Made by a program: the position numbers and the translations under genes | Part shown: piece by piece, positions 49,170 through 60,168 of the stretch | How positions within the stretch are numbered: position 1 is the first letter of the stretch | Layout: each line of letters begins with the position of its first letter | Assembly: GCA_963662275.1 (NCBI GenBank) | Contig: OY759316.1 | Location: forward strand, 3,584,001-3,648,000 | Origin: Candidatus Cloacimonadales bacterium | GTDB lineage: Bacteria; Cloacimonadota; Cloacimonadia; Cloacimonadales; DAONDQ01 | DNA length: 64,000 nucleotides | Reading direction: 5' to 3' | Notes under the pieces: generated by a model | The model's database searches: none | The model's input: only the letters and a program-made list of their open reading frames with translations | What the model was told of the DNA's origin: nothing

Positions 49170-51581
49170 TTACTTAAGCAGCACAACCTTTTGAATAGCT
49201 TGATATTTACCTGCAGTCATGCGGTAAAAATAAACTCCACTGCTGACTGATTTACCTTGTTCATCCTGTCCATTCCAAACCAAATGATGAGTTCCTGCGT
49301 TCCATTCTTTTGAAGTAAGGTTCAGTATTCTACTACCTTTTACGTCAAAAACTGTGATATCCACAAAGCTATCTGTTTTCAAATCAAATGAGATATTAGT
49401 TTCTGGATTGAATGGATTTGGATAGGCATTGTTTAGCTTTGTAAACGTAGGTATCACTGGAGGTAAGTTCGGATCATCCTGAGCAAGTACCTGTACAATC
49501 ACCGGTCCGCTAAATCCGCTGATTCCGCTGTAATCCACATATTCGAGCCAGTAGTAATAAGTATTTGGCGCTTCAACTGAAATGTCCGAAAAACTATATG
49601 AATAATGGCTGGAAGTATTCGTCCCCTGGATGATGGAAGTGTTCAAATTAATTGCGTTTGCCATGTTCATATTATTGGAACGAAGTATATTGAACCCAAG
49701 GTTGTTTGTTTCAGATTCTGTCGTCCAAAGTAAGTTCACCAAAAATTGCGATGTTGAGAAAGACGCTGTAAAGGAAGACAGTTCAACAGGAAGATCAACA
49801 TTGCCAGACTCTGAGCCAATTGTAAAAATATCTTTTGCACTAATTGAAGAAATAGCTGCTGTTATTGTACGCAAACCCGATGAGATTGTTGTCAATTTAG
49901 TAACTCCCTGATAGACAGCAGGAGTCTTGCCTGTCCAAACAAAGTTGTTATCGTCGCTTGCAGTCCAAGTAAAAGTAGCATATAAAGTGGACGATATTCC
50001 ACCGGAAATTGACCATTGCCTATTAATTCTCACTGGCATAAGGGTATCTATTGTCTCTGAAGCACCCAAACTCGTAACAATTCCTGTGCCGGGGAAAGTC
50101 AAATATGGTGTTCCCGCAAAGGATAACGAATTACCGTTTAAGTTCAGGCTACCGCTAGTACCTGTAAGGCTGCCAATGGTGATGGGATTGGGTAAGGTTG
50201 CTGTCCCTGAATTGTTGATAGTCAATGAGCTAAAAACAGAAGGTAAAATACCTGGATTTGATGTTGTTATTGAAACCAGCGAAGCACTGCCAGCATTAGA
50301 AGCTGAACCGGTACCACTATAGATGATATTGGGTATGCCGACAACTGCACCTGATATAGCCAAATTATAATTACCCAAAGTGATAGTTCCGCTAGTCAAT
50401 GTAAGTGTTCCTGTCACAGCTTTCGCACTATTCAGGACAATTCCGTTGGAATTATTAATCGTAACATTATGCGGACCACCGGACAAAGGCCATTCACTAG
50501 ATAAAGCGTTTTGAACACCAGAACCTGCATATTCCAATGTCGATGCTCCACCGTAAGTCAGAGTAAATGTACCTAAGGCGAAGGATGCTGTTCCGGCTAA
50601 GGTCAATTTACCATTGATGGTAGTATTCACACCTAGTGTTATTGTGTTTGTTCCACTTAACAAGATATCCACATAAGTAGTGAAGTTAGTACCGGAACTG
50701 GTAGCAGCAATCAGAGTTTGATTACCGGCTGCAGTATATTCAACGACACCATTATTAGCAAACGTTGTCATTGCAATTGTAGGAGCAGCTCCAGTTAATC
50801 TGAACGTACCATTATTTGTAAATGTGCCTGCGGAAGTAGTATTCGTCATTTTGAGAACAGCATTTGATCCAGTGCCCGTCGCTGAAGATTCAAATACTGT
50901 CCCTGGAGCTATAGAAAAGTTACCATTTGTTCCGTTATCTGTAGATACACTAGCATTTGCTCTTAAAATACCGGATGTTATTTTCCAGTCTTTAGCTTTC
51001 GTTGGTTTTGACATGGTTGCAGTTTGACCGCTATTCATAGCGATTTCAATTGCATAAGTAGTTGTTGAACCCGGATTCACGGCACCCCAATTTGTTGTAA
51101 AATCTCGGCTATTTCCTACGATTTTTACTAAACCGCTTGTACCTGCTGACGTAATGATTAAACTCGTTTGAGCATTATCACCAGTACCTGGAATTGTGCC
51201 TAATGTTGCGTAATAACATCTTAATGAACCGTAAACAGATATCGTGAAAGTAACCAACTTCAATTGCCCATCTGTACCAAGTCCTCCCGCGCCAGTTCCA
51301 TTTGATATATTCAAATTGTTCACTTCCTCATTTTGAGTAAGTGAGATAACGTGACCTGTTTGAATAAATACAGAATTTAATGATGTCGGTATTTTACCGG
51401 GGTTGTTTTCACCCACTCCATTGGCTTGCCATACGCCACCACTGCTATATCTTTCCCAGGAATTTGCAGCATTATAATTGCCGCTAGCTACGATTGATCT
51501 AAAGTCACCTGGACTTTGAGCAAATAACAAGCCTAAATGGAGTATGACGATAAGTGTAAGAATTAATACTAACTTTTTCAT
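49170..51581 (-). CDS. Large secreted Thr/Gly/Asn-rich beta-solenoid protein with LPVELSSF module and FlgD-Ig CTD
   Basis: Signal peptide; LTLTSGTITLG repeats; LPVELSSF; AYPNPFNP...SGVYFYRM. Confidence 0.85.
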   Translation of the reverse strand: MKKLVLILTLIVILHLGLLFAQSPGDFRSIVASGNYNAANSWERYSSGGVWQANGVGENNPGKIPTSLNSVFIQTGHVISLTQNEEVNNLNISNGTGAGGLGTDGQLKLVTFTISVYGSLRCYYATLGTIPGTGDNAQTSLIITSAGTSGLVKIVGNSRDFTTNWGAVNPGSTTTYAIEIAMNSGQTATMSKPTKAKDWKITSGILRANASVSTDNGTNGNFSIAPGTVFESSATGTGSNAVLKMTNTTSAGTFTNNGTFRLTGAAPTIAMTTFANNGVVEYTAAGNQTLIAATSSGTNFTTYVDILLSGTNTITLGVNTTINGKLTLAGTASFALGTFTLTYGGASTLEYAGSGVQNALSSEWPLSGGPHNVTINNSNGIVLNSAKAVTGTLTLTSGTITLGNYNLAISGAVVGIPNIIYSGTGSASNAGSASLVSITTSNPGILPSVFSSLTINNSGTATLPNPITIGSLTGTSGSLNLNGNSLSFAGTPYLTFPGTGIVTSLGASETIDTLMPVRINRQWSISGGISSTLYATFTWTASDDNNFVWTGKTPAVYQGVTKLTTISSGLRTITAAISSISAKDIFTIGSESGNVDLPVELSSFTASFSTSQFLVNLLWTTESETNNLGFNILRSNNMNMANAINLNTSIIQGTNTSSHYSYSFSDISVEAPNTYYYWLEYVDYSGISGFSGPVIVQVLAQDDPNLPPVIPTFTKLNNAYPNPFNPETNISFDLKTDSFVDITVFDVKGSRILNLTSKEWNAGTHHLVWNGQDEQGKSVSSGVYFYRMTAGKYQAIQKVVLLK

Positions 51582-51860
51582 AATAATTCACCATCTCCTT
51601 GTTATATTGTTTCGATTGATATTTAAAGATCCTACATATAACTATTTCCTTATATGCTGAATTAAATTAAACTAGTTATTACTTGTCAACCAAAATTTGC
51701 AGATATTCCCGCTTAAACTGAAGGGAGACCACTATGGAATAATCTCGATGAATCTCTTTACAGACGATCCGTTTATGAAGATATTTTTCCTAGCTTCACT
51801 CATACATTCTTATTAATTCACCTGACAATTGAAAGAATAATCGAATAAAATGTCACAGTG

Positions 51861-52406
51861 TTACGCTTCATTTCCTATCTGAATCAACTTGCTTATCGTC
51901 TTCCAATTTCTTGCTGTTGCCTGTGTCTGGAATTTCTTCTCAAAAAGAGTATTTGTAAGCTTTGAATCAGCAACTCCATTCGGAAGGTAGAGATAAACTG
52001 CTCTACCACTAACGATGAATTCATCCGGTAAATATAATACTGACGGGATGCTCTCAACTTGTTCAGGAGAAGGAACATCCCTCAAAAGCATTAAGTACAA
52101 ATGATCAATACTGATATTCCGCTCAATTTTGAACGGATTATTCTCGAAAATCTTTGCTAATTCCGACAACTCTGTTGCTAGTATATGGATAGGCTTTCCC
52201 ATCTTTTCCAAGAGTAATAGATCTAATCTGTCTGCCAATACCTTTGGCTCTGTATCCTTTGATTGAAAGACTATATTTCCACTCTGAATATAGGTTTGAA
52301 TATTCTGCCAGAGCAATTCTTCACAGTAGGAACGTAAGATATCCATCCTCAGCCGATTATGGCTGCCGACATTGATGCTGCGTAGTAAGGCGATATAAGT
52401 ACTCAT
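51861..52406 (-). CDS. DUF1697 domain protein
   Basis: YIALLRSINVG, TYIQSGNIVF, TARNWKT. Confidence 0.92.
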   Translation of the reverse strand: MSTYIALLRSINVGSHNRLRMDILRSYCEELLWQNIQTYIQSGNIVFQSKDTEPKVLADRLDLLLLEKMGKPIHILATELSELAKIFENNPFKIERNISIDHLYLMLLRDVPSPEQVESIPSVLYLPDEFIVSGRAVYLYLPNGVADSKLTNTLFEKKFQTQATARNWKTISKLIQIGNEA

Positions 52407-52580
52407 TATTTATCCTTATGATTTCGCTATCTCTCGATTTTGAACTTCCATGAAAGCAGGTTTTCGCTACCGATGATGAAAATGTCGGTTTGAAGTCCAT
52501 TTTCCATTTTAGTCAGGTATTCAATGATAATTTGTTTAGGGCATTTGAACTCCAAGATATCGTATTGTTGGGATAAACTA

Positions 52581-52606
52581 AAAGGGCTCATTCACATGAG
52601 CCCTTT
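52581..52606. terminator. Hairpin terminator after S9 peptidase
   Basis: AAAGGGCTCA-TTCACA-TGAGCCCTTT. Confidence 0.7.
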
Positions 52607-52622
52607 CAAGAATGGAAAAGGA

Positions 52623-54434
52623 TTATCCAATATATTTCTTCAGGAATGTCTCCATTTCCCGATAGAAATCAAATTGATTTTCCTCATTCTGGAAACCATG
52701 TCCTTCGTTATCTTTAACCATATATTCAACTTCGACACCTCTTGTCTTCAAGGCAGCCACCATCTGGTCAGACTCATGAATAGGTACACGCGGATCGTTA
52801 GCGCCTTGGGCGATAAAGAGCGGAGTTATGATCTTATCCGCATTGAGAGCTGGAGATGTTGCCTTAAATTGTTCAGCTTCCTTTTCAGGATGTCCAAGCA
52901 TTTCATACATCATTTCCCGCATTGGTTCCCAGTAGGGAGGGAATGCTTCCAACCAGGTAAATAGATTGGATACACCAACGTAATCCACAGCAGCAACAAA
53001 CAACTCTGGTGTCTTGATAATTCCCATGAGCGTGGCGTAGCCACCATAACTTGCACCGTAGATAGCAATCTTCTTAGGATTGGCAATGCCTTCTTTAATA
53101 ATCCATTGCACCGCATCTGTAACATCGTCCTGCATGGTTAGACCCCATTGTTTATAGGATGCTTCCTGGAATTTTCTGCCATAGCCGGTAGAACCTCTGA
53201 AATTCATCTGCAATACTGCATAACCACGATTCGCTAAAAACTGTACTTCTGGATTAAATCCCCAGGAATCTCTATACCAGGGACCACCATGTGGATTGAT
53301 GACTACAGGTAAATTCTTTGGCTCTATCCCTAATGGTAAAGTCAAATAGCCGTGTATTGTCAAGCCATCCCGGGAAACATATTGGATTGGCTTCATTTCT
53401 GCCAGTTCGTCTTCTTTCAGCCAGGGAGCCAAATCAAACAATTTGGTCAGTTCCCAAGTAATCAGGTTTAGATAATAATAACTTCCAAAAGTTCTATCCA
53501 AACCGGAATATACAATGCATTTACTCTCATCTTTATCAAAACAAGTAACGCTGTTTTCATACTTTGGTAATTTTTGGTCGACAAAATCCTGTATTTGTTT
53601 CCGGGTTTCATCAAAGAAATGAGGATGTTCCTTTTCCGTGTTATAGATTACCCCCGTAAGTACTTTTCTTTTTTTGGAATAGATAAGATCATAAACATCC
53701 ACCTCTGGATGTTCAAAAATGAGCTTCCCTTCTTTTCCGGTATTTAGATTATATTCAAAAATTCCATATTTATCTCTACCCACATTTGAGGCGGCATAAA
53801 TTGCCTTATTATCGAGGGTGAAGAACAATGGAATGACGTTTTCCTTAAAATTGTAAGAAGCAATTTCCCGCCATTCACTGTCTTCTGTTTCGCGATACTT
53901 CAAACCGACGTTAACTCCATCTGTTGTGAAAGCCAGACGTAATTTCCCATCCTGGTCAGTAATCCAGGCACGGACATCCCCTGGATTTTCTGCAATTGGT
54001 GTCATGGCTCCGGTATCAATATTTAAGCGATATATGTCGAATATTTCGGGATCTCTTTTATTCATCTGAAAAAGGATGTGTTCCGGGTCGTCTTCCAGTT
54101 TATCCACAATATCGCATTTCACTTTTTCGAAAGGAGTGAATTCAATGGGATTCGAACCATCATAATTGACACCATACAACCTGGTGTTTTCATCTCCTCC
54201 CTGGTCCATGACATAGATAATCCGATCATCACTTGCCCAAACATAACCGGCTATATCTCTTTCAGTAGCTCCAGTTATGCGCTTGATTTCTCCGGTTTTG
54301 ATGTTTTTGACAAACACATTCAATCTTCTTTCATATGGCTCCATCCAAGCTAAATACTCTCCATTGGGCGAGATATTAACGGATATTTGTTCCGGGTTCT
54401 TAAAAAAGTCTTCTAAAGGTATTAATCTTGTCAT
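52623..54434 (-). CDS. S9 family peptidase (acylaminoacyl/dipeptidyl peptidase-like)
   Basis: HGGPW, NFRGSTGYG, GASYGGY, GANDPRV, EGHGF. Confidence 0.95.
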   Translation of the reverse strand: MTRLIPLEDFFKNPEQISVNISPNGEYLAWMEPYERRLNVFVKNIKTGEIKRITGATERDIAGYVWASDDRIIYVMDQGGDENTRLYGVNYDGSNPIEFTPFEKVKCDIVDKLEDDPEHILFQMNKRDPEIFDIYRLNIDTGAMTPIAENPGDVRAWITDQDGKLRLAFTTDGVNVGLKYRETEDSEWREIASYNFKENVIPLFFTLDNKAIYAASNVGRDKYGIFEYNLNTGKEGKLIFEHPEVDVYDLIYSKKRKVLTGVIYNTEKEHPHFFDETRKQIQDFVDQKLPKYENSVTCFDKDESKCIVYSGLDRTFGSYYYLNLITWELTKLFDLAPWLKEDELAEMKPIQYVSRDGLTIHGYLTLPLGIEPKNLPVVINPHGGPWYRDSWGFNPEVQFLANRGYAVLQMNFRGSTGYGRKFQEASYKQWGLTMQDDVTDAVQWIIKEGIANPKKIAIYGASYGGYATLMGIIKTPELFVAAVDYVGVSNLFTWLEAFPPYWEPMREMMYEMLGHPEKEAEQFKATSPALNADKIITPLFIAQGANDPRVPIHESDQMVAALKTRGVEVEYMVKDNEGHGFQNEENQFDFYREMETFLKKYIG

Positions 54435-54534
54435 TTTTCCTCCTGCATTTTAGAATATATTTTGCTCTTATTTCTTTTCAGTATCTGGATTTGAACTTCA
54501 TCTGCTGAAAGAATAGGTGTATTACCACACGCCC

Positions 54535-55224
54535 CTACACAATTTCCTTGCGGTATTTGGACATGAACCTGATGTGGATGATCAATCCTGTAATAATCAT
54601 AACAACTCCAAGACCACCGCCTTTTAAGTACAATCTTGTCCAATCATTCGGATAAATCAACATTGTGATAGGGATAAACAACGCAATGAAAAACCAAAGG
54701 TACATCCTGGATACTCTGTACTTCATAGCGAGGAAACAGAGTACAGTTGTACCGCATACAGCAAATAGCAGATACATCAGCATATTGTCGAAGAGATTGG
54801 ATGGAATATTAATCTCTGCATTATATAAGATAGCAATCAGAATCATAATGCCGATAAAACCTGGGACAACAATAAGCTGATCTAAGCTGGCGGACATGGA
54901 AGTAAGCTCTTTTTTTGTCAGATCGGGATACTTCTTCTTGATGTAGCAATTTTGATAGGAGTTGATTAAATAGAGAATAATCAGGAACAGAATATATCCT
55001 ATCATTTTCATCCAGGAGGGAAATACATAACTTTTTATTATCGAAATCCCCACTACCCCCCAAAACATGAAAATTATTCCTACTACAATATCAATCAGAC
55101 CGTCTTTACTATTGAACTCCTTTTCAATTCCTACAAGCTGTTCTTTTCTTTCTTGTTTGCTTTGTTCGACATTTGGTGGATTAAGAGAAGTTTCTGTAGC
55201 ATTGACCATAATTTCTTCAGACAT
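54535..55224 (-). CDS. Hypothetical multi-pass membrane protein
   Basis: About 6 hydrophobic segments; AGGAGG RBS before ATG 55224. Confidence 0.7.
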   Translation of the reverse strand: MSEEIMVNATETSLNPPNVEQSKQERKEQLVGIEKEFNSKDGLIDIVVGIIFMFWGVVGISIIKSYVFPSWMKMIGYILFLIILYLINSYQNCYIKKKYPDLTKKELTSMSASLDQLIVVPGFIGIMILIAILYNAEINIPSNLFDNMLMYLLFAVCGTTVLCFLAMKYRVSRMYLWFFIALFIPITMLIYPNDWTRLYLKGGGLGVVMIITGLIIHIRFMSKYRKEIV

Positions 55225-55443
55225 AATATCCTCCTTCAATCGTATTTTCTCATATTCTTGTACAACCATGGGAGAGCATATATTTCAAGTTACAAAAAAA
55301 AACTTTATAAATACTATCTGTCAAACTATTTTAATGATTTCAGACAAATATGATGCTTTTAATAGGTTAATTATCTTTCATACGATTCTGATAATTATGA
55401 TTTAGGACAGGATGTTTGGAAGATTGTAGAATTTATATGAAAA

Positions 55444-55640
55444 CTGAGAGCCGGTTCATTGAGTGATTAAAACTTCCCTCTTTTGGAACAAGAGAGGGAT
55501 AAGAGGGTGAGTCGACGAAGGAGAAATTGTATCGAAATGTACCGTTATTACATTCAAGACTCTGTTAATGTCGTCTCCTCGATACAAATAGATGCATTTC
55601 GACTTCGCTCAATGACCATCTATTCACTCGGAGAACTCAG
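55444..55640. mobile_element. MITE module B carrying a 43-bp inserted palindrome
   Basis: Colinear with 42270-42404 except insert at 55469-55511 and a variant right arm. Confidence 0.75.
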
Positions 55641-55760
55641 ATACTGTCCAGCTTACGATGATCAAACAAGTAAGCAACCCAATATTTAAGCGCTTCCTTG
55701 CCAATACCCGAACCCCAAAGATCTGCTTCTGCAATAACGATGCCAATGGCAAAAAAACTA
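55637..55760 (-). pseudogene. GNAT (RimJ/RimL-like) acetyltransferase remnant
   Basis: Manual translation AIGIVIAEADLWGSGIGKEALKYWVAYLFDHRK; ends at the MITE boundary. Confidence 0.65.
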
Positions 55761-56002
55761 GTTTTAGGCTCGGATATTCTAACTGATTTCCATTACTGAG
55801 TTATGTATATTCATCGTAAATGTATCTATTTAAATCTTAAATACTTATATGTCTCACAATACCGGATGAAATACAAATAAATAACGATATAATAAGTTGT
55901 TAATATCAGCCATATTTCAGGAAAAATAAATTGCCTTTTTATGTTAAAGAAGTATTTTAATATCATGATGTATAGCTGGGCTACAAAATACGGAGGAAAA
56001 AA

Positions 56003-57469
56003 ATGAAAAATCTACTCAATTCCATGTTTCAAATCAAGTTTGCATGTTTACTCGTTGCACTTTACTTAACAATTTTGATGGTTCCAACTAACGTTTATTG
56101 TCAAACAACAGGAGATACGCTGATTTGTGATGTCTCAGTCGTTGTGGATCAATTTGCAGAGTCTGATGAAAGTACAGGTGGCTTGTCCAGCCTTGTTATT
56201 GCAGATGATTCTTTATCCACCACCGATTACTCCACAATCATCTCCTATGACGACTCTCTTCAAGTAGGTCACTGTGCTAAAACCAAAATTTATGGAGATT
56301 CAATACACGTCGAATGCTACATTACCAATGGGCAAATCAGAAATGTAGAAGTGCTCAATGATGCTGGGGGACATGCTATCTTTTATCTTAGAGAAAGCAG
56401 CAGCACAGCAACAACTTCCTATATTAAGGGCTACGTAAAACCAATCACAAAATATACTAGTGTTGTTTTTCATGTGAATCAACAAATAAAGCCCTCTACC
56501 AATTCTTGGCATACAATTACTGCTTCTGCAAAGATAGTAGGTGTGAGATATGTCAACTATTGGGATCACTTTTGGTACTATATCGCACCAGGGCAAAAAA
56601 AATATCTCGAGTGGTCTGGGGAGTTACCATATTGCCATGTTAATTACGGTTTTATCAAATATGTAATTATTGATGACAACGGACCAATGTTTATAGCTCA
56701 TTCGGAAGCTTATTACGATGATTTTGAAGAAATATCTTGGCCTTCTCTGATTTCTGATTTTGAAATTCCAATAAATCCACTTCACGATGATCTCACTGTT
56801 GTTTTTGGAATAGTAAGGCTCTCGAGCATAAAGTTTTTAGGAGAGGAATTACCCGTAGAATTATCCAGTTTTTCAGCTCAATATAATTCAGATTTTGTTT
56901 CATTATTGTGGGAAACACAATCCGAGACCAGTTTAGCTGGATATAATATCTACAGGGATACAAGCGAAAGTATGTCTAACCCGCTGAAAAGGAACGAAAT
57001 GTTAATTACAGCTACCAATTCATCACAGACACAGAACTATACTTTCAATGATCAGGAGGTGGAACCCAATTCCATCTATTACTACTGGCTGGAATCCGTT
57101 GATTGTGATGGGAAAACCCAACTGTATGGTCCAGTTACAGCCACAACAAATAATCCGGGTGAACCTGATACTCCGCCTGTTATTGAACCTAAAACATCGT
57201 TACTCTGTGCCTTCCCGAATCCCTTTAACCCGGACACGACGATACCCTTCGAATTAAAGAACGCATCAGATGTTAGGATGGACATCTTCAATATCAAAGG
57301 GGAGCTAGTCAAAAACTTCAGTTCACAGCATTATGAGAAAGCTGGTGTTTATGAAGTACATTGGGATGGTAAGACAGATGCCGGTCAAACACTTAGCAGT
57401 GGCGTATATTTCTATCGGATGACAGCAGGGACATATTCTGCAACTAAAAAGGTCATTTTAATGAAGTAA
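56003..57469 (+). CDS. Secreted protein with LPVELSSF module and FlgD-Ig CTD
   Basis: Signal-like N-terminus; LPVELSSF; AFPNPFNP...SGVYFYRM. Confidence 0.85.
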   Translation: MKNLLNSMFQIKFACLLVALYLTILMVPTNVYCQTTGDTLICDVSVVVDQFAESDESTGGLSSLVIADDSLSTTDYSTIISYDDSLQVGHCAKTKIYGDSIHVECYITNGQIRNVEVLNDAGGHAIFYLRESSSTATTSYIKGYVKPITKYTSVVFHVNQQIKPSTNSWHTITASAKIVGVRYVNYWDHFWYYIAPGQKKYLEWSGELPYCHVNYGFIKYVIIDDNGPMFIAHSEAYYDDFEEISWPSLISDFEIPINPLHDDLTVVFGIVRLSSIKFLGEELPVELSSFSAQYNSDFVSLLWETQSETSLAGYNIYRDTSESMSNPLKRNEMLITATNSSQTQNYTFNDQEVEPNSIYYYWLESVDCDGKTQLYGPVTATTNNPGEPDTPPVIEPKTSLLCAFPNPFNPDTTIPFELKNASDVRMDIFNIKGELVKNFSSQHYEKAGVYEVHWDGKTDAGQTLSSGVYFYRMTAGTYSATKKVILMK

Positions 57470-57496
57470 TATGACTTTCCCAATGCTATACATCGG

Positions 57497-57522
57497 AGGC
57501 TACCTATATCAGGTAGCCTTTT
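57497..57522 (+). terminator. Intrinsic terminator
   Basis: AGGCTACCT-ATATC-AGGTAGCCTTTT. Confidence 0.8.
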
Positions 57523-57789
57523 GTTATTCTTTCAAAAGAATACTCTCTTCATTTTCCTGTTGATCAAAATGCGGAAGGTTAAGCCATATCGAATATACCT
57601 GGCAAGGCTGCACTTTCCCAACCTGCAGAAATACTCATGATGAAGGATGTAACTTTTCGAAAGACGGTGAAGAATGTTCCATCTGCGGAATGAAGCGTAC
57701 GAATAAGCACATAGGAGATGATGATACCTGTTCCGTATGCTGGAAGGACAGTAGTTAACGAAAACAAGGTCTTTCTCTATAGAATGCTG

Positions 57790-59118
57790 CTACTCCTGTC
57801 TTTGTTTTATCCAGCCGGCGATATCCTCAATCACCGTAGGATCTACGTATTCCAACGTAAAATAGCTGTCCGGGGTTGATTTACCTTCGCTTTTCATAAA
57901 CAGATGGTCGAGGTTCGGATAGCTCTTCAGTATCACATTATTTCCGCTTGCCTTCTTCCAAAGATTATAATTCGTCATCGAAACCTGGTAATCCTTCTCA
58001 CCCTGGAGAATGAGGAAAGGAGCTTTGGATTGTTGGAAAACTTCCACCTGGTGATAGTTATTCAGGGAAAGCCAATAACCTTTCGGAACACCTAATAACA
58101 GCGTATCCGGGGCAGGTTTATCCTTGGAAAGTAGTTTTATGGCTGCTGCCTGGGCAGTGAGTTTATCCAGTTCCTTTTTCTTTTCCGGTGTCATCATATC
58201 CAAACCAAAGATGTATTTGTATTGCTCCACAACGAGGTCTTCCAAAGGTCTGGCGTTCCCAGCCAGCATGATGAACCCGGATACACCCTTCACTTCTTTT
58301 GCAGCAATCGGCAGCACATAGGCTCCCATACTATGACCTAAAAGGAAATACCCGTTCCCCTTAATGCTCTTATCAGCTTTGAGGAATTTCAGGGCAGAGA
58401 CAGTTTCAGGCAGATACTCATCTTTCATAGTAAATGATTCATTTCCTTTGAATTTAGAGGGATAATCCAGGGTCCTTTTAGACCAGCGCAGGGTAGCAAT
58501 TCCATGGTTAGCCAAGCCATTGGCAAGATCACGGAAAGGCTTGCGCCTTCTCACAGTTTCATCCATATCATTGGGACCAGAACCAGACAGCATCAGCACG
58601 ATCGGGTAGGAAACGGCTTTTGCCGGAACTGTCAGGATGCCATGAACCTGGAGACCATCGCAGTCAAAGGCAACTTCCCGGGTGATGATATTCTTAGCAT
58701 CCAGGTAATCAGGCAATTTGACATCCACACCCGGTTTCGGAACCGATGAAGGATTGAAGAATAAGCCCACGACAACGCCCTGGTCTGCCAGGGTTACTAT
58801 CATGTCGATCACCATTTTATCGAAATTCAAAACATATATATGTGTATGATTAGGCGGATTTTCCTTTTCATTGATCTCGAGCAAACCGAGGAACCCGCCT
58901 AACTGTTCGGACAATCCCTCCCAGGTTTCCTGCAGCTTTGCCGCTGACAGAGCCGTTTTCACTTGGTCCGAACTCATTTGCGTACAGGTTTCATAATCGC
59001 CATTAAGCAGGCTGTTAAAGTAAATATCCGCATTGTTATTCGGGGTGATTGGGATCTCGATCGCTTCCAGTACGCAGGAAGCCAGCAGTAAAAATATGAG
59101 AATCGTGAAGTAATACAT
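57790..59118 (-). CDS. Alpha/beta hydrolase with N-terminal DUF3887-like domain
   Basis: GSGPNDMDET, GHSMG, LQGEKDYQV, YPNLDHLF. Confidence 0.88.
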   Translation of the reverse strand: MYYFTILIFLLLASCVLEAIEIPITPNNNADIYFNSLLNGDYETCTQMSSDQVKTALSAAKLQETWEGLSEQLGGFLGLLEINEKENPPNHTHIYVLNFDKMVIDMIVTLADQGVVVGLFFNPSSVPKPGVDVKLPDYLDAKNIITREVAFDCDGLQVHGILTVPAKAVSYPIVLMLSGSGPNDMDETVRRRKPFRDLANGLANHGIATLRWSKRTLDYPSKFKGNESFTMKDEYLPETVSALKFLKADKSIKGNGYFLLGHSMGAYVLPIAAKEVKGVSGFIMLAGNARPLEDLVVEQYKYIFGLDMMTPEKKKELDKLTAQAAAIKLLSKDKPAPDTLLLGVPKGYWLSLNNYHQVEVFQQSKAPFLILQGEKDYQVSMTNYNLWKKASGNNVILKSYPNLDHLFMKSEGKSTPDSYFTLEYVDPTVIEDIAGWIKQRQE

Positions 59119-59404
59119 TACTCTTCCTCCAAAGATTGATTTTCGATATTATCATTCATAATTGCTCCCAAATAAGAATTATAAGGATTGATAAAAAAGT
59201 CAAAGTTAATTTATTTCCACTAAAAGGCATTACGGTACCAATACGGGAAATGATCTTGGGCGTGGAGTAGGATTCCGATCCTACTGAATACGAGACTATC
59301 GTTTTGAACAGTTCATCGTGGAATGTGATTCATAGCATTTACGCCAAATGCTGCATAATCGTTATATATAACCATCCACTTTCATTTAACAAGAGGTGCA
59401 AGTT

Positions 59405-59622
59405 CAGCAGGATCGGCATCCTACACTACAATGCAAGACACAGTTACGTAAGATTGGAATCTTATGCCACAACCGCGTAAATGCGGAGCTACGATACAGT
59501 AGGATCGGCATCCTACTCCACAACCGCGTAAATGCGGAGCTACGATACAGTAGGATCGGCATTCTACTCCACAACCGCGTAAATGCGGAGCTACGTATAG
59601 TAGGATCGGCATCCTACTCCAC
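59405..59622. repeat. 3 x 51-bp tandem repeat with GTAGGATCGGCATCCTAC REP
   Basis: Units start 59467, 59518, 59569; inverted partner at 59262-59289. Confidence 0.88.
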
Positions 59623-60168
59623 ATGAAATAGGAACACATTTGCTGGCACCGGTTACTTCCCACAAATTGAAACATCACACCTACCAGGGATATATCGCTA
59701 TGGAGAACCTGGCTCAGTATTTGAATATCAAGATGTTTCATTATACAGATTACAACCGTTCGGATGAAAGCTATTACCACTATCATTTTTTTCTGGAACT
59801 ATATGAAAAGCTGGATAAGCAATATCCCATGGCAAAGGTGCAGAAATTATTCAAACTTGCTGTAAAAAAGGCTGTGAAGGATGGGATTCAAGCAGGATAA
59901 ACAGTTTAACATTCATATTAATAAACGGACGAATCAACTCTCTGCTGGAGGAAAGACGGCATTAAAATTTTCTGAGAAACATTGAGCTGATAGATTTGGG
60001 ATTATAAAGAGCCCCCCCAAATAAAAGACAATCTCTTTCCTCATGACGATTTCAATGATATAGACACGCTATGTATTAGTATCATAAAAATATCCAAAAA
60101 TACTGCCTTATGGAATAAATTTTGTTACAAGAATAACCATAGTAACATCTGTCAAGAAGGAGCGAGCA

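Noticed and set aside
59640..59900. 86-aa ORF after REP array
   Set aside because: No recognisable family, weak start; possibly a gene fragment but not supportable
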